Assembly (NCBI RefSeq): GCF_009834535.1
Contig: NC_045696.1
Coordinates: forward strand, 116,624,001-116,688,000
Source of the DNA: Camelus ferus
Lineage: Eukaryota
DNA length: 64,000 nt
Direction: 5' to 3'
Below the pieces are notes generated by a model. That model worked only from the letters and a program-made list of their open reading frames with translations, was not told the DNA's origin and did no database searches. Made by a program: the position numbers and the translations under genes. Positions 63,829 through 64,000 of the stretch are shown one piece after another (the first letter of the stretch is position 1; each line of letters opens with the position of its first letter).

Positions 63829-64000
63829 GATGATGGATGCCACATTGGCGAGTCCAGGGAGCTTTTTTTTTATTCAGTTATACACACACACATACACACA
63901 CATATATTCTTTCTCAGATTCTTTTTCATTATAGGTTATTACAAGATATTGAACATACTTCCCTGTGCTCTACAGTAGGTCCTTGTTGTTTATCTACTTT
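63795..64000 (-). mobile_element. L1 3' end in KCNH8 last intron (runs off window)
   Basis: (TTTA)n tail followed by attcagttatacacac...acaagatattgaacatacttccctgtgc, L1 3' UTR. Confidence 0.7.

Overview
Mammalian genomic DNA, very probably from a camelid (three tRNA-derived SINEs of the Vic-1 type). It is mostly intronic or intergenic and repeat-rich (L1, MaLR/ERV LTRs, Charlie/Tigger DNA transposons, MIR/L2). The only intact coding sequence is the terminal exon of KCNH8 (Kv12.1/Elk1) on the minus strand at 60598-61284. About 21 kb further along the same strand lie a CpG-island promoter and a disabled first coding (SCAN) exon of SCAND3/ZBED9; its integrase and hAT-transposase exons are not visible. 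As I recall, these two genes are on different human chromosomes (3p24.3 and 6p22.1), so the window probably spans an evolutionary breakpoint. Just downstream of the SCAN exon's splice donor is a co-oriented, full-length fossil Tigger element. It has a splice acceptor that would join SCAN to the transposase in frame, making it a candidate extinct SCAN-Tigger fusion. Further downstream are faint minus-strand fossils: a tandem pair of retropepsin-like motifs, KRAB-B/C2H2-like remnants and a second, much older SCAN exon. All family and gene assignments come from visual recognition and recalled sequences, not database searches; repeat boundaries are approximate unless TSDs are given.
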